A stretch of DNA of 59,032 nt, filler included. It is 6 parts of 6 records of this genome, joined end to end, with 100 filler letters (N's around TTAATTAATTAA, not from the genome) between each part and the next. Parts side by side here need not be neighbours in the genome. Positions count along the whole stretch, not along the records: positions 36,957 to 46,439 come from SRR22947725_1539; positions 46,540 to 53,526 come from SRR22947725_1546; 4 more parts are not named here. One strand, 5' to 3'. Of the stretch, positions 37,829 to 46,935 are shown in pieces; the first letter of the stretch is position 1, and each line of letters begins with the position of its first letter. A program made the position numbers and the translations under genes. The notes beneath the pieces are model-generated. The model searched no databases. It saw only the letters and a list, made by a program, of their open reading frames with translations, and had not been told where the DNA came from.

Positions 37829-38829
37829 TTACAAAAAGAGTGCTATCCGGAATTCAGCCAACAGGAAATTTGCATCTTGGAAATTACTTAGGTGCCATTA
37901 AAAATTTTGTAGGTATGCAAAATGATTATCAGTGTTTTTATATGTTAGCAGATCTTCATGCTATTACTGTAAAAGTAGATCCAATTAAATTGAAAGAAAA
38001 TGTTTTAAGTACAGCTGCTGCTTTTTTGGCAGCGGGTTTGGACCCGGCAAAAAATGTAATTTTTTGTCAATCACAAGTAAGAGCACATTCAGAGTTAGCA
38101 TGGATATTAAATTGTACTGCAAAACTTGGATGGTTAAATCGTATGACGCAATTTAAAGATAAGGTTGGTTCTAATAAAGAGAAAGCAAGTATTGGACTTT
38201 ATACATATCCAATTTTAATGGCTGCTGATATTTTAGTTTACAAAGCTACGCATGTTCCAGTCGGCGAAGACCAAAAGCAACATTTAGAACTTTGTAGAGA
38301 TATTGCTACAAAGTTTAATAATGATTACAAAAATAATTTTTTTACATTACCTGAACCTATTATTTCTGAAACTGTAGCTAGAATAATGAGTTTAAGAGAC
38401 GGTTTAAAGAAAATGAGTAAATCAGATGAATCGGATTTATCTAGAATTAATTTGACTGACACAAGTGATCAAATTGCTCAAAAAATAAAAAAAGCAAAAA
38501 CTGATAGTGAACCTATTGATGATAAGATCTTTGATGAAAAATCAATTAGATATGAAGCGCAAAATTTAATTAAAATTTATTCAAGCTTAAAATCAGAAAG
38601 AGAAGATAAGGTAATAAAAGAATTTGAAGGTAAAAGTTTTTCAGATTTTAAAAAAAATTTAACAGATTTACTAATTGAAAAAATTCATCCAATTTCTGAC
38701 AAAATTAAAGATTATAGAAAAGATGATAGTGCATTATTAAAAATTTTAAATAATGGAACTGACAAAGCAGCAGAGGTTGCGGATAAAAATATCTTAGATA
38801 TCAAAAAGATTGTAGGAATAGAATTATGA
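37825..38829 (+). CDS. trpS: tryptophan--tRNA ligase
   Basis: SGIQPTG.LHLGNY, YPILMAADIL, VPVGEDQ, KMSKS. Confidence 0.98.
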   Translation: MITKRVLSGIQPTGNLHLGNYLGAIKNFVGMQNDYQCFYMLADLHAITVKVDPIKLKENVLSTAAAFLAAGLDPAKNVIFCQSQVRAHSELAWILNCTAKLGWLNRMTQFKDKVGSNKEKASIGLYTYPILMAADILVYKATHVPVGEDQKQHLELCRDIATKFNNDYKNNFFTLPEPIISETVARIMSLRDGLKKMSKSDESDLSRINLTDTSDQIAQKIKKAKTDSEPIDDKIFDEKSIRYEAQNLIKIYSSLKSEREDKVIKEFEGKSFSDFKKNLTDLLIEKIHPISDKIKDYRKDDSALLKILNNGTDKAAEVADKNILDIKKIVGIEL

Positions 38830-39287
38830 AAAAAAAGTTTTTAGTAATCATTGACAGCACTAAAGAGCTTAAAAATGCTATTCATTTTGCAGCTCAGAGA
38901 GCTAAAAATACAAATGGCAGTTTATCTATGTTGTATGTGATTGATCATGCAATTAATGCGCAGTGGTCAAAGGTTGAGCATTTAATCGAACAAGAAGAGA
39001 CAAGTGAAGCTAAAAAAATCTGTAGATCTTGGGCTCAAAAAATTAAAGAACAATATTCAATTGAAACGGAAATTATTTTAAAATTAGGTAATAGAAATAA
39101 TGAAATAATAAAACTTCTAAAGGAAGATAGTGAGATAAGATTTCTAGTTTTGGCAACGTCAAGCGAGGGTGAAAATCCAGGCCCAATCATTAAATCGCTT
39201 TTATCTAGTAAAATGAAAGATTTATCCATACCCATAGTGTTAGTTCCTGGCTCTATGGATGAAAAAGATATAAATTCTATCGTATAG
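38826..39287 (+). CDS. universal stress protein
   Basis: KFLVIIDS, FLVLA, GPI, IPIVLVPG; trpS-usp-NifU order. Confidence 0.85.
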   Translation: MKKKFLVIIDSTKELKNAIHFAAQRAKNTNGSLSMLYVIDHAINAQWSKVEHLIEQEETSEAKKICRSWAQKIKEQYSIETEIILKLGNRNNEIIKLLKEDSEIRFLVLATSSEGENPGPIIKSLLSSKMKDLSIPIVLVPGSMDEKDINSIV

Positions 39288-39326
39288 ATATTGAAAATAA
39301 AGTTTATTAATAATAATTAAGCAGTT

Positions 39327-39866
39327 ATGATTGAAATTGTAGATACTCCAAATCCAGATACAAAAAAATTTGTTTTCGACAAAACAATCGTAGAGTCTGG
39401 AACTAAAGAATTTAAAAAAAATGACCCAAACAAAATTGACTTTGTTGAAGCTTTGTTTGGTCTTGGAAATTTAGAGCTAGTGTATTTAGATAAAAATTTT
39501 ATATCTATAAGGAAATCAAAAGAAATACCCTGGGAAGATTTGGTTGCAAAAATTTTAGAAACTCTAACTTTTAAATTTAATGAAAAATTTACCTTGCTTA
39601 AATTTACTGAGGAAAGTGAATTTACAGATGATGTTTCAAAAAGAATTGAAGAGGTGCTGAATGAAAAAATTAGACCAGCTGTGGCTATGGATGGCGGAGA
39701 TATTAGACTTAAATCATTCAAAGATGGTATTGCTGAGGTAATTTTAAAAGGAGCATGTGCTGGCTGTCCGAGCTCAACTGTTACTCTTAAGCACGGAGTT
39801 GAAAGAATGATAAAGCATTATGTTCCAGAAGTTCAATCTGTAGAAGCATTAAATATTAATGATTAA
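39327..39866 (+). CDS. NifU/Nfu family Fe-S scaffold or carrier
   Basis: TPNPDTKKF (Nfu N-terminal domain), IRPAVAMDGGDI, GACAGCPSS. Confidence 0.93.
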   Translation: MIEIVDTPNPDTKKFVFDKTIVESGTKEFKKNDPNKIDFVEALFGLGNLELVYLDKNFISIRKSKEIPWEDLVAKILETLTFKFNEKFTLLKFTEESEFTDDVSKRIEEVLNEKIRPAVAMDGGDIRLKSFKDGIAEVILKGACAGCPSSTVTLKHGVERMIKHYVPEVQSVEALNIND

Positions 39867-41028
39867 AAAAAAATACAGCTACTTAAACCATTTAATTCTT
39901 ACAGCTAAAAAGTATGAAGTTGATGAATATCTATATTACGAAGAAAAAGGAAGAAAATTAACCGCCAAACAAATTGAGTTAATTTTGTTACGTAATGGAA
40001 TAAAGGTTCCAAAGAATGAAACACCAGAACTATCTAAAGATGAATTCCGAAAAGAGTCGTTAACAAGTTTTTTACAAGCTGGAGCTTTAGTAGCAACAAT
40101 TTTTGCTCTAGTTTTATTGCCGGGTGTCATCAAAAAAAATACTGCTCTGGTGAAATCAACTTACAGTCAAAAAGAAATGGCATCTATTAAAATAGAAGAA
40201 CCTAAAGAAGATAACCAAGAACAGTTTTTTGAAGATAGAGACACTAGAGGTTTTAATACTCCACATGCAAGAAGTGTTTTGGCATTATTTGATGAGTTAA
40301 AATATGATTTAAACGAAATTAGGGAGGGAAAACCTGTAAAGCCAGTTTTTTTTACACAATTACCTAGAGGAATAAATGAACTAGAGAATATTCAAAATAG
40401 AAAAAAAATCTTTATTCAAATTGTATTGCCGTTAGTGCTATCTGAAAATGAGGATATTCTTTCTGAGAGAAAAAAAATTATATCTTTATCTAAATCATCG
40501 AATATTTCAAAAATCGATAAAAATTGGCTTAGTGAAAAGTTTAAATATTATAAAGTTAAAGATGGTGACTTTGATTTATTATTAGAAAGAGTGGATATAA
40601 TACCACCATCCTTAGCTATTGCTCAAGCAGCATACGAGAGCGGTTGGGGAACTTCAAGATTTGCTTTAGAAGGTAATTCGTTATTTGGCCAAAGGACTTG
40701 GTCTGCAAACGCAGGAATTGTTCCTTTAGGCAGAGATGAAAATCAAAATTTTAAAGTGACTAAGTTCGATATTATAAGAGCCTCTGTTAAGGCATACAAA
40801 AAAAATCTAAATACGCATAAATCCTATGAAGAATTGAGATTAGAAAGAGCACGTATGAGGAGTGAAAGAGTTGAAATATCAGGATTGGAACTTTCAAAAC
40901 ATTTAGATAAATATTCAGAAATTAAAGATAAGTATGTATTTTATCTTCAAAAAATAATAGATCAAAATTCACTTACAGATTTTGATAAATCTATTCTTTT
41001 ACCAACAAATAAATTAAATTTAGCGTAA
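39859..41028 (+). CDS. membrane-anchored Bax-like glucosaminidase (GH73-like) protein
   Basis: One TM helix; RVDIIPPSLAIAQAAYESGWGTSRFALEGNSLFG, NLNTHKSY. Confidence 0.85.
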   Translation: MIKKKYSYLNHLILTAKKYEVDEYLYYEEKGRKLTAKQIELILLRNGIKVPKNETPELSKDEFRKESLTSFLQAGALVATIFALVLLPGVIKKNTALVKSTYSQKEMASIKIEEPKEDNQEQFFEDRDTRGFNTPHARSVLALFDELKYDLNEIREGKPVKPVFFTQLPRGINELENIQNRKKIFIQIVLPLVLSENEDILSERKKIISLSKSSNISKIDKNWLSEKFKYYKVKDGDFDLLLERVDIIPPSLAIAQAAYESGWGTSRFALEGNSLFGQRTWSANAGIVPLGRDENQNFKVTKFDIIRASVKAYKKNLNTHKSYEELRLERARMRSERVEISGLELSKHLDKYSEIKDKYVFYLQKIIDQNSLTDFDKSILLPTNKLNLA

Positions 41029-41033
41029 GCTAA

Positions 41034-41555
41034 ATGTTAAAAAAAAATTTAGTATTTCTAGATTTAACTTTAGATAATTGTTTTTTTTTAATTCTTAAAG
41101 ATAAAAAGACTTTTAAGAAAAATTTAAAAAATATTAGTAAAACCGAAAATATCCCCATTATTTTTTTTGAATTTATAAAAAAAAATAAAATTAAAATTAA
41201 TAATAATTTTGAAATTTTTGTTAACATTGGACCAGGCAACTTAATTGCGATTAGAAACTCTATAATTCTGGCAAAGATGATAAAAATAATTTTTAATTGT
41301 AAACTTTATGCCTTTTCAAATTTTGACTTATTAAGTTTAAAAAAAAATAAAAGGAAAGTACTGATATCAACTAAAACTCAAAAAATTCTTATGGACCTTA
41401 AAAGAAAAATAGCAAAAAAAATAATTAACAATGATCTAAAAAAATTTCAAAAATTTAAAATAAATGTGCAATATAGTAATAAAGATATAGAAAATCTCAT
41501 ATATTTAAAAAAATTTAATAAAAAAATTGTTCCAATTTCTTGTACAACTATGTAG
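41034..41555 (+). CDS. tsaB: divergent TsaB (YeaZ)-like protein
   Basis: VNIGPGNLIAIR approximates GPGSFTGxR; sits at the tsaB position upstream of fur-miaB. Confidence 0.55.
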   Translation: MLKKNLVFLDLTLDNCFFLILKDKKTFKKNLKNISKTENIPIIFFEFIKKNKIKINNNFEIFVNIGPGNLIAIRNSIILAKMIKIIFNCKLYAFSNFDLLSLKKNKRKVLISTKTQKILMDLKRKIAKKIINNDLKKFQKFKINVQYSNKDIENLIYLKKFNKKIVPISCTTM

Positions 41556-41564
41556 TTTTTAATT

Positions 41565-41999
41565 ATGATTAAAACATCACCATTTGCGATCAGTTTAGAA
41601 AAAATTTGCCAAGACAGAGGGTTAAGGTTAACAGATCAAAGAAAAGTAATAGTAAGGTTACTAGAAGAAACAATATCGGATACTAAATTTCATCCCGACG
41701 TAGACGAGATTTTTAATAGAGCAATAAAAATAGATAAAAAAATCAGCGTAGCAACAGTTTATAGAACTGTTAAATTGCTAGAAGAACATGGTATTATTGA
41801 AAAACATGATTTTAAAGCTGGAAAAGCTAGGTATGAAGTTTCTACAGAAAATCATCATGATCATTTGATAGATGTAAATTCAGGCGAGATAATTGAGTTT
41901 GTGGACGATGAAATTGAAAACTTAAAAAAAAAAATTGCAAACAGATTAGGTTACGAATTAATAGATCATCGTCTAGAATTGTATTGTAAAAAAAAATAA
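41565..41999 (+). CDS. fur: Fur family regulator (Fur/Mur type)
   Basis: GLRLTDQR, HPDVDE, ISVATVYRT, HHDHLID, HRLELY. Confidence 0.92.
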   Translation: MIKTSPFAISLEKICQDRGLRLTDQRKVIVRLLEETISDTKFHPDVDEIFNRAIKIDKKISVATVYRTVKLLEEHGIIEKHDFKAGKARYEVSTENHHDHLIDVNSGEIIEFVDDEIENLKKKIANRLGYELIDHRLELYCKKK

Positions 42000-43312
42000 T
42001 GCAAAAAAAATTTTATATAAAAACATTTGGGTGTCAGATGAATGAATATGACTCAAATAAAATTTGTGATTTGATGAATACAATTTCTTTCAAAAAGTCA
42101 GATCATATTGATGATGTAGACTGTTTTATATTTAATACATGTCATATACGTGAAAAAGCAACGCAAAAAGTATATTCAGACATTGGAAAAATAAAAAAAA
42201 TTTATAGTAATAAAAAAAAACCAATATTTGTTTTAGCTGGCTGTGTAGCTCAGGCAGAGTCATCAATGGTTTTTGAAAAAAGTGATTATGTTGATATTGT
42301 TGTGGGTCCACAGGCTTATCATAAATTACCAAGTCTTATTAGTAACTTTTTAAAAACAAACGAAAAATTAATTGAAACGGATTTAAATGTGGATGAAAAA
42401 TTTGATACTTTAAAAAATTTGAAAAATACAGAGTCAAAAGTTTCTAGTTTCATAACCATTCAGGAAGGATGTGATAAGTTTTGTAAGTTTTGTGTTGTGC
42501 CTTATACAAGAGGCCCAGAATATTCTAGAAATCATAAAAAAATTATTGAAGAAGTTGAGATGCTTGCGGATCATGGGACTAGGGAAATAATTTTGTTAGG
42601 CCAGAATGTAAGTGCGTATAATGATAATGGATTATCACTAGCGAAATTAATTAAAAAAATTTCTAAAATTAAAAATATCTTGAGAATAAGGTTTACCACT
42701 TCGCACCCAAATGATTTTGATGAAGAGTTAATTAATTTGTTTGGGGAGGAACAAAAATTAATGCCTCAGTTACACCTACCCGTTCAATCAGGGTCAGATA
42801 AAATATTAAAATTAATGAATAGGAATCATACTAGGTTGGATTATTTAAAACTTATTGAAAAGTTTAGAAAAGTAAAATCTGATATTCAATTCTCAAGTGA
42901 TTTTATCGTGGGTTATCCTGGAGAAACAGATACCGATCATTTAGACACAATTAATCTAGTCAGAGAGGTAGGTTTCACATTATCTTACTCTTTTATTTAT
43001 AGTCAAAGGCCTGGCACACCTTCGACTGAATTAGATAAAATCTCCAGTGAAATATCAAAGCAAAGGCTAGAACAATTACAAGGAATTTTATTTAAACAGC
43101 AAATCGAATTTAATCACTCCATGGTTAATAAAGAAAATATTGTTTTATTTGAAAATAGGACCAAGGATTCAAGGCAGTTTTTTGGGAGAAATGAATATAT
43201 GACGCCCGTATTTATTGAAAATACATTAATTAATACTGGTGAAATAAAGAAAATTTTTATAGAAAATGCTAATAGAAATAATTTATTTGGTAAATTAACG
43301 GAACATATTTGA
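41999..43312 (+). CDS. miaB: tRNA-i6A37 methylthiotransferase MiaB
   Basis: TFGCQMNEYDS, NTCHIREKA, GCVAQ, CDKFCKFC radical-SAM motif. Confidence 0.96.
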   Translation: MQKKFYIKTFGCQMNEYDSNKICDLMNTISFKKSDHIDDVDCFIFNTCHIREKATQKVYSDIGKIKKIYSNKKKPIFVLAGCVAQAESSMVFEKSDYVDIVVGPQAYHKLPSLISNFLKTNEKLIETDLNVDEKFDTLKNLKNTESKVSSFITIQEGCDKFCKFCVVPYTRGPEYSRNHKKIIEEVEMLADHGTREIILLGQNVSAYNDNGLSLAKLIKKISKIKNILRIRFTTSHPNDFDEELINLFGEEQKLMPQLHLPVQSGSDKILKLMNRNHTRLDYLKLIEKFRKVKSDIQFSSDFIVGYPGETDTDHLDTINLVREVGFTLSYSFIYSQRPGTPSTELDKISSEISKQRLEQLQGILFKQQIEFNHSMVNKENIVLFENRTKDSRQFFGRNEYMTPVFIENTLINTGEIKKIFIENANRNNLFGKLTEHI

Positions 43313-44277
43313 CGACAAATCTTTTTCAAATCATAGAAAATGATAGCTTATCTACTAGCTTGTATATCAACGATAATAGCGCAGTAAGTAAAATTGTTGG
43401 AGTACAAGATTCATTCTTAAAAATATTAGAACATTTATCTGGGACAGTAATAAATTTAAGAGGAAATTTAATTACTATAAAAGGAGATAATTTAAAAAGT
43501 AAATTAGTGATTAATACAATTAATAAAATGTTGCAAAAGTCTATTCATAAAACTTTAGAGGATGAAGACGTTAAATCAATTTATAATTTTGAATCATTGC
43601 AAGATAGAAATGTATCAGAAAATGATACCGTTATAAAAACTCCAAAAAAAAACATTTATGGAAGAACAGTAAAACAAAATAAATATATTAATAATTTAAT
43701 TAAAAATAATATTATATTTGCATTAGGACCTGCTGGAACTGGAAAAACATTTTTAGCCGTTGCGGTTGCTGTAAGTAAACTTATGAACGGAGAGGTAAGA
43801 AAAATAATTTTATCGAGACCAGCTGTAGAGGCTGGAGAAAATCTTGGTTTTTTACCAGGAGATTTAAAAGATAAAATTGATCCATACTTAATACCACTTT
43901 ACGACTCCTTATATGAACTTGTTGGTTATGAAAAAATGCAAAAAAAAATAGAAGATGGTACTGTTGAAATTGCTCCTCTAGCATTTATGAGAGGCAGAAC
44001 ATTGAAAGATTCTTACGTTATTTTAGATGAGGCTCAAAATGCTACAGATATACAAATAAAAATGTTCTTAACGAGATTGGGAAAAAATACTACAATGGTA
44101 GTAAATGGAGACCCAAGTCAAATTGATTTGCCAACTTCCAAGTCTTCAGGATTGCTTAAATCAATTAATATTTTAGATAATATTGAAGAAATCAAAATAA
44201 CTAGATTTGAAACTTCAGATGTTCAGAGACATCCTTTGGTTTCCAAGATTATTGATGCCTATAAAAAAAATCAATAA
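43309..44277 (+). CDS. phoH: PhoH-like ATPase (YbeZ)
   Basis: GPAGTGKT, LGFLPG, APLAFMRGRT, DEAQN. Confidence 0.94.
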   Translation: MTTNLFQIIENDSLSTSLYINDNSAVSKIVGVQDSFLKILEHLSGTVINLRGNLITIKGDNLKSKLVINTINKMLQKSIHKTLEDEDVKSIYNFESLQDRNVSENDTVIKTPKKNIYGRTVKQNKYINNLIKNNIIFALGPAGTGKTFLAVAVAVSKLMNGEVRKIILSRPAVEAGENLGFLPGDLKDKIDPYLIPLYDSLYELVGYEKMQKKIEDGTVEIAPLAFMRGRTLKDSYVILDEAQNATDIQIKMFLTRLGKNTTMVVNGDPSQIDLPTSKSSGLLKSINILDNIEEIKITRFETSDVQRHPLVSKIIDAYKKNQ

Positions 44278-44735
44278 TGAACAAAATTAACATTTGTTTA
44301 GACTCAAAAATTTGGATTAGCAAATTACCTAATATTGAAAAAATAGTGAAAAAAATTTTGCAAAAAAGTATTTCTTCTGAGAAAAAAATAACTAATTCGA
44401 GTGTTGAAGTTACAATTTTACTCACTAATACAAAAAAAATGAGAATCCTTAATCAAAAATATAGAAAAATTAAAAAAGATACTGATGTACTATCGTTTCC
44501 TGCTGAAAAACCTATTTTTTATAAAACAAAAAAAATTAAATCAAAGTATATATACTTAGGTGATTTAGCGATATCCTATAATTATATAAAAAATAAAACA
44601 AAAATAGATTTTAAACAATATTTAAATAAAATTTTAATTCATGGATTTCTTCACTTAGTAGGACATGATCATAATAACGAAAACAATTATATAAAAATGG
44701 AAAAGGCTCAAAAAAGAATAGCCAATTTGATATGA
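44277..44735 (+). CDS. ybeY: rRNA maturation RNase YbeY
   Basis: TDVLSFP, LGDL, HGFLHLVGHDH. Confidence 0.95.
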   Translation: MNKINICLDSKIWISKLPNIEKIVKKILQKSISSEKKITNSSVEVTILLTNTKKMRILNQKYRKIKKDTDVLSFPAEKPIFYKTKKIKSKYIYLGDLAISYNYIKNKTKIDFKQYLNKILIHGFLHLVGHDHNNENNYIKMEKAQKRIANLI

Positions 44736-45577
44736 AAAATAAAGAAAATCAAAGTTTAATAGCTAAACTATTAAAAAAAATAAATTTTTATAATAACAAC
44801 CAAAGTCTTAGAGATAGTATCCAAGATGTAATAGATGAAAAAGTAAATGATAAAGATTACAAAATTGACTTAAGTAACAAAGAAAAATCAATTTTAACAA
44901 ATATTTTGAGTATCAATAAGTTAAAAGTAGATGACGTGATGATACCTAGAGCTTCAATTATTGCTGTAAGCCAAGACTGTTTGTTTAAGGACATTATAAA
45001 AATAATAAATAAAGAGTCCCACTCTAGAATGCCAGTTTATCGAAAGGATTTAGATGATATTTTAGGAATGGTTCACATTAAGGATATAATTAAATTTTCA
45101 GGCTCTGAAAACAATGAGTTTAATATTAAAAAAATTTTAAAAGAAGTACTGTTTGTTCCCCCAACTATGCCTGTAATGAATTTGCTATTAAAAATGCAAG
45201 CAACTAAATTGCATATGGCTCTTGTAATTGATGAGCATGGTGGAACAGATGGATTGATTACAATTGAGGATGTTATAGAGGAAATTGTAGGTGAAATAGA
45301 AGATGAGCATGACAAAGATGATGATTTTAATTTTAAAGAGGTAGGAAAAAATACTTTCGAAGCAAAAGCTGAAATGACATTAGAAGAGTTTAACCAAGAA
45401 AGCAATTCAGATTTATCTCATGCTGATGTTGATACTTTAGGAGGCTTTATTTTTTCAAAAATTAACAGAGTTCCTCTTGCTGGAGAAATAGTTATGGTAG
45501 ATAATAAGTACGAGTTTGAAATTATTGATGCAGATCCTAGAAAAATAAAAAAAATCAAAATTATTAAAAAGAGTTAA
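44732..45577 (+). CDS. corC: CorC/HlyC CBS-domain protein
   Basis: [38 protein letters not shown]. Confidence 0.9.
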   Translation: MKNKENQSLIAKLLKKINFYNNNQSLRDSIQDVIDEKVNDKDYKIDLSNKEKSILTNILSINKLKVDDVMIPRASIIAVSQDCLFKDIIKIINKESHSRMPVYRKDLDDILGMVHIKDIIKFSGSENNEFNIKKILKEVLFVPPTMPVMNLLLKMQATKLHMALVIDEHGGTDGLITIEDVIEEIVGEIEDEHDKDDDFNFKEVGKNTFEAKAEMTLEEFNQESNSDLSHADVDTLGGFIFSKINRVPLAGEIVMVDNKYEFEIIDADPRKIKKIKIIKKS

Positions 45578-45626
45578 AAATCACTTATCCTTTGACAAGA
45601 TAGGTAAAAATTTATATTGGGTTTTT

Positions 45627-46439
45627 ATGAAAGATTATATTTTTACTTCAGAATCAGTATCTGAAGGTCATCCTGATAAAGTATGTGATAAAGTTTCTGA
45701 CACTATTGTTGATTTGTATTTGTCGAAATTTAATGAAAGCAGAGTAGCATGTGAGACTTTGACAACAACCAATAAAGTTATTTTGTCGGGTGAGATTAGA
45801 GGGCCATCGATAAGTTCCGATGAGATTGAGAAAGAGGTGAGAAATACAATCAAGGAAATTGGTTACGAACAAGATGGTTTCCATCATTCTAAACTTGATT
45901 TTTTTAATTATTTGCATGAACAATCTACTGATATTGCCCAAGGAGTAGATGCTGCTGGAAACGAAAAAGAAGAAGGTGCTGGCGATCAAGGAATCATGTT
46001 TGGTTATGCATGCAATGAAACGAAGGAGTTAATGCCTGCACCAATATTATATTCTCATAAAATTTTAGAGGAGATGGCAATAGCTAGAAAATCTGGAAAA
46101 GAAAAAGGTTTAGGCCCTGATTCAAAGAGTCAAATTTCAGTAATTTATAAGAACAGAAAACCAGTGGGCGTTTCCTCAGTTGTTATATCTTCACAGCATG
46201 ATGAAAGCTTAAGTCAAGATGATGTCAAAGAAATAGTTAGACCTTACATAAAAAAAGTTTTGCCCGAAGGTTGGGAGTGCCCTGAGGATCAATTTTATGT
46301 AAATCCAACAGGTAGATTTGTTATAGGTGGACCAGATGGTGACACAGGTCTTACGGGAAGAAAAATAATTGTAGACACTTATGGTGGAGCAGCTCTTCAT
46401 GGAGGCGGCGCATTTTCTGGAAAAGATCCTACAAAAGTT
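45627..46439 (+). CDS. metK: S-adenosylmethionine synthetase, 3'-truncated
   Basis: [42 protein letters not shown]. Confidence 0.98.
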
Positions 46440-46539
46440 NNNNNNNNNNNNNNNNNNNNNNNNNNNNNNNNNNNNNNNNNNNNTTAATTAATTAANNNNN
46501 NNNNNNNNNNNNNNNNNNNNNNNNNNNNNNNNNNNNNNN
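46440..46539. other. artificial contig spacer
   Basis: 44 N + TTAATTAATTAA + 44 N. Confidence 0.99.
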
Positions 46540-46866
46540 TAGAATCGAAGCATTGGTTAGTTTTTTTTCCTCAAGAGTAGATTTTACTAGTTCTGTCCAT
46601 TTCGGATTGTTTTCAACAGAAACAATACTGTTTACTAATTTGGCTAGAAAAACTGAGGATCCGCCTGAACCCCATTCAAATACATTTTTTTGTTTATTTA
46701 AATATAACTTAATTTCATTGATACTTTCAAATGTCCACCATGGCAGCTCAAGTTCTAGCAGGCTATTGGATGATAACGAAAACTTTAAATATGGAATAAG
46801 GTAAGAGGGATTAAAGACAAGGTTTCGGCATACTTTAAAAAACCTTTTCTTGTTTGAAATGTACAT
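46540..46866 (-). CDS. class I SAM-dependent methyltransferase-like protein, 3'-truncated
   Basis: LPWW, VFEWGSGGSS (motif I), SVENNPKW. Confidence 0.65.
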
Positions 46867-46935
46867 GATTTAAGTTGAGCCTACTACACTATGATAATGT
46901 TGAGTGTTCGACTCCGTAAATCATGAGTATTTGAA

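Noticed and set aside
39317-39721. 134-aa antisense ORF over NifU, and similar shadow ORFs (e.g. 45073-45405, 45654-45989, 14110-14400, 51502-51783, 4716-4970)
   Set aside because: They lie mostly or wholly opposite well-conserved genes, have no recognisable motifs, and are expected from codon bias.
43309-44277. phoH as a phage marker or phosphate-starvation gene
   Set aside because: It sits in the housekeeping miaB-ybeZ-ybeY-corC operon.
29528-46866. ORFs ending in X runs (hisA, rho, metK, methyltransferase) as possible pseudogenes
   Set aside because: They are cut by contig ends, with no internal stops or frameshifts.
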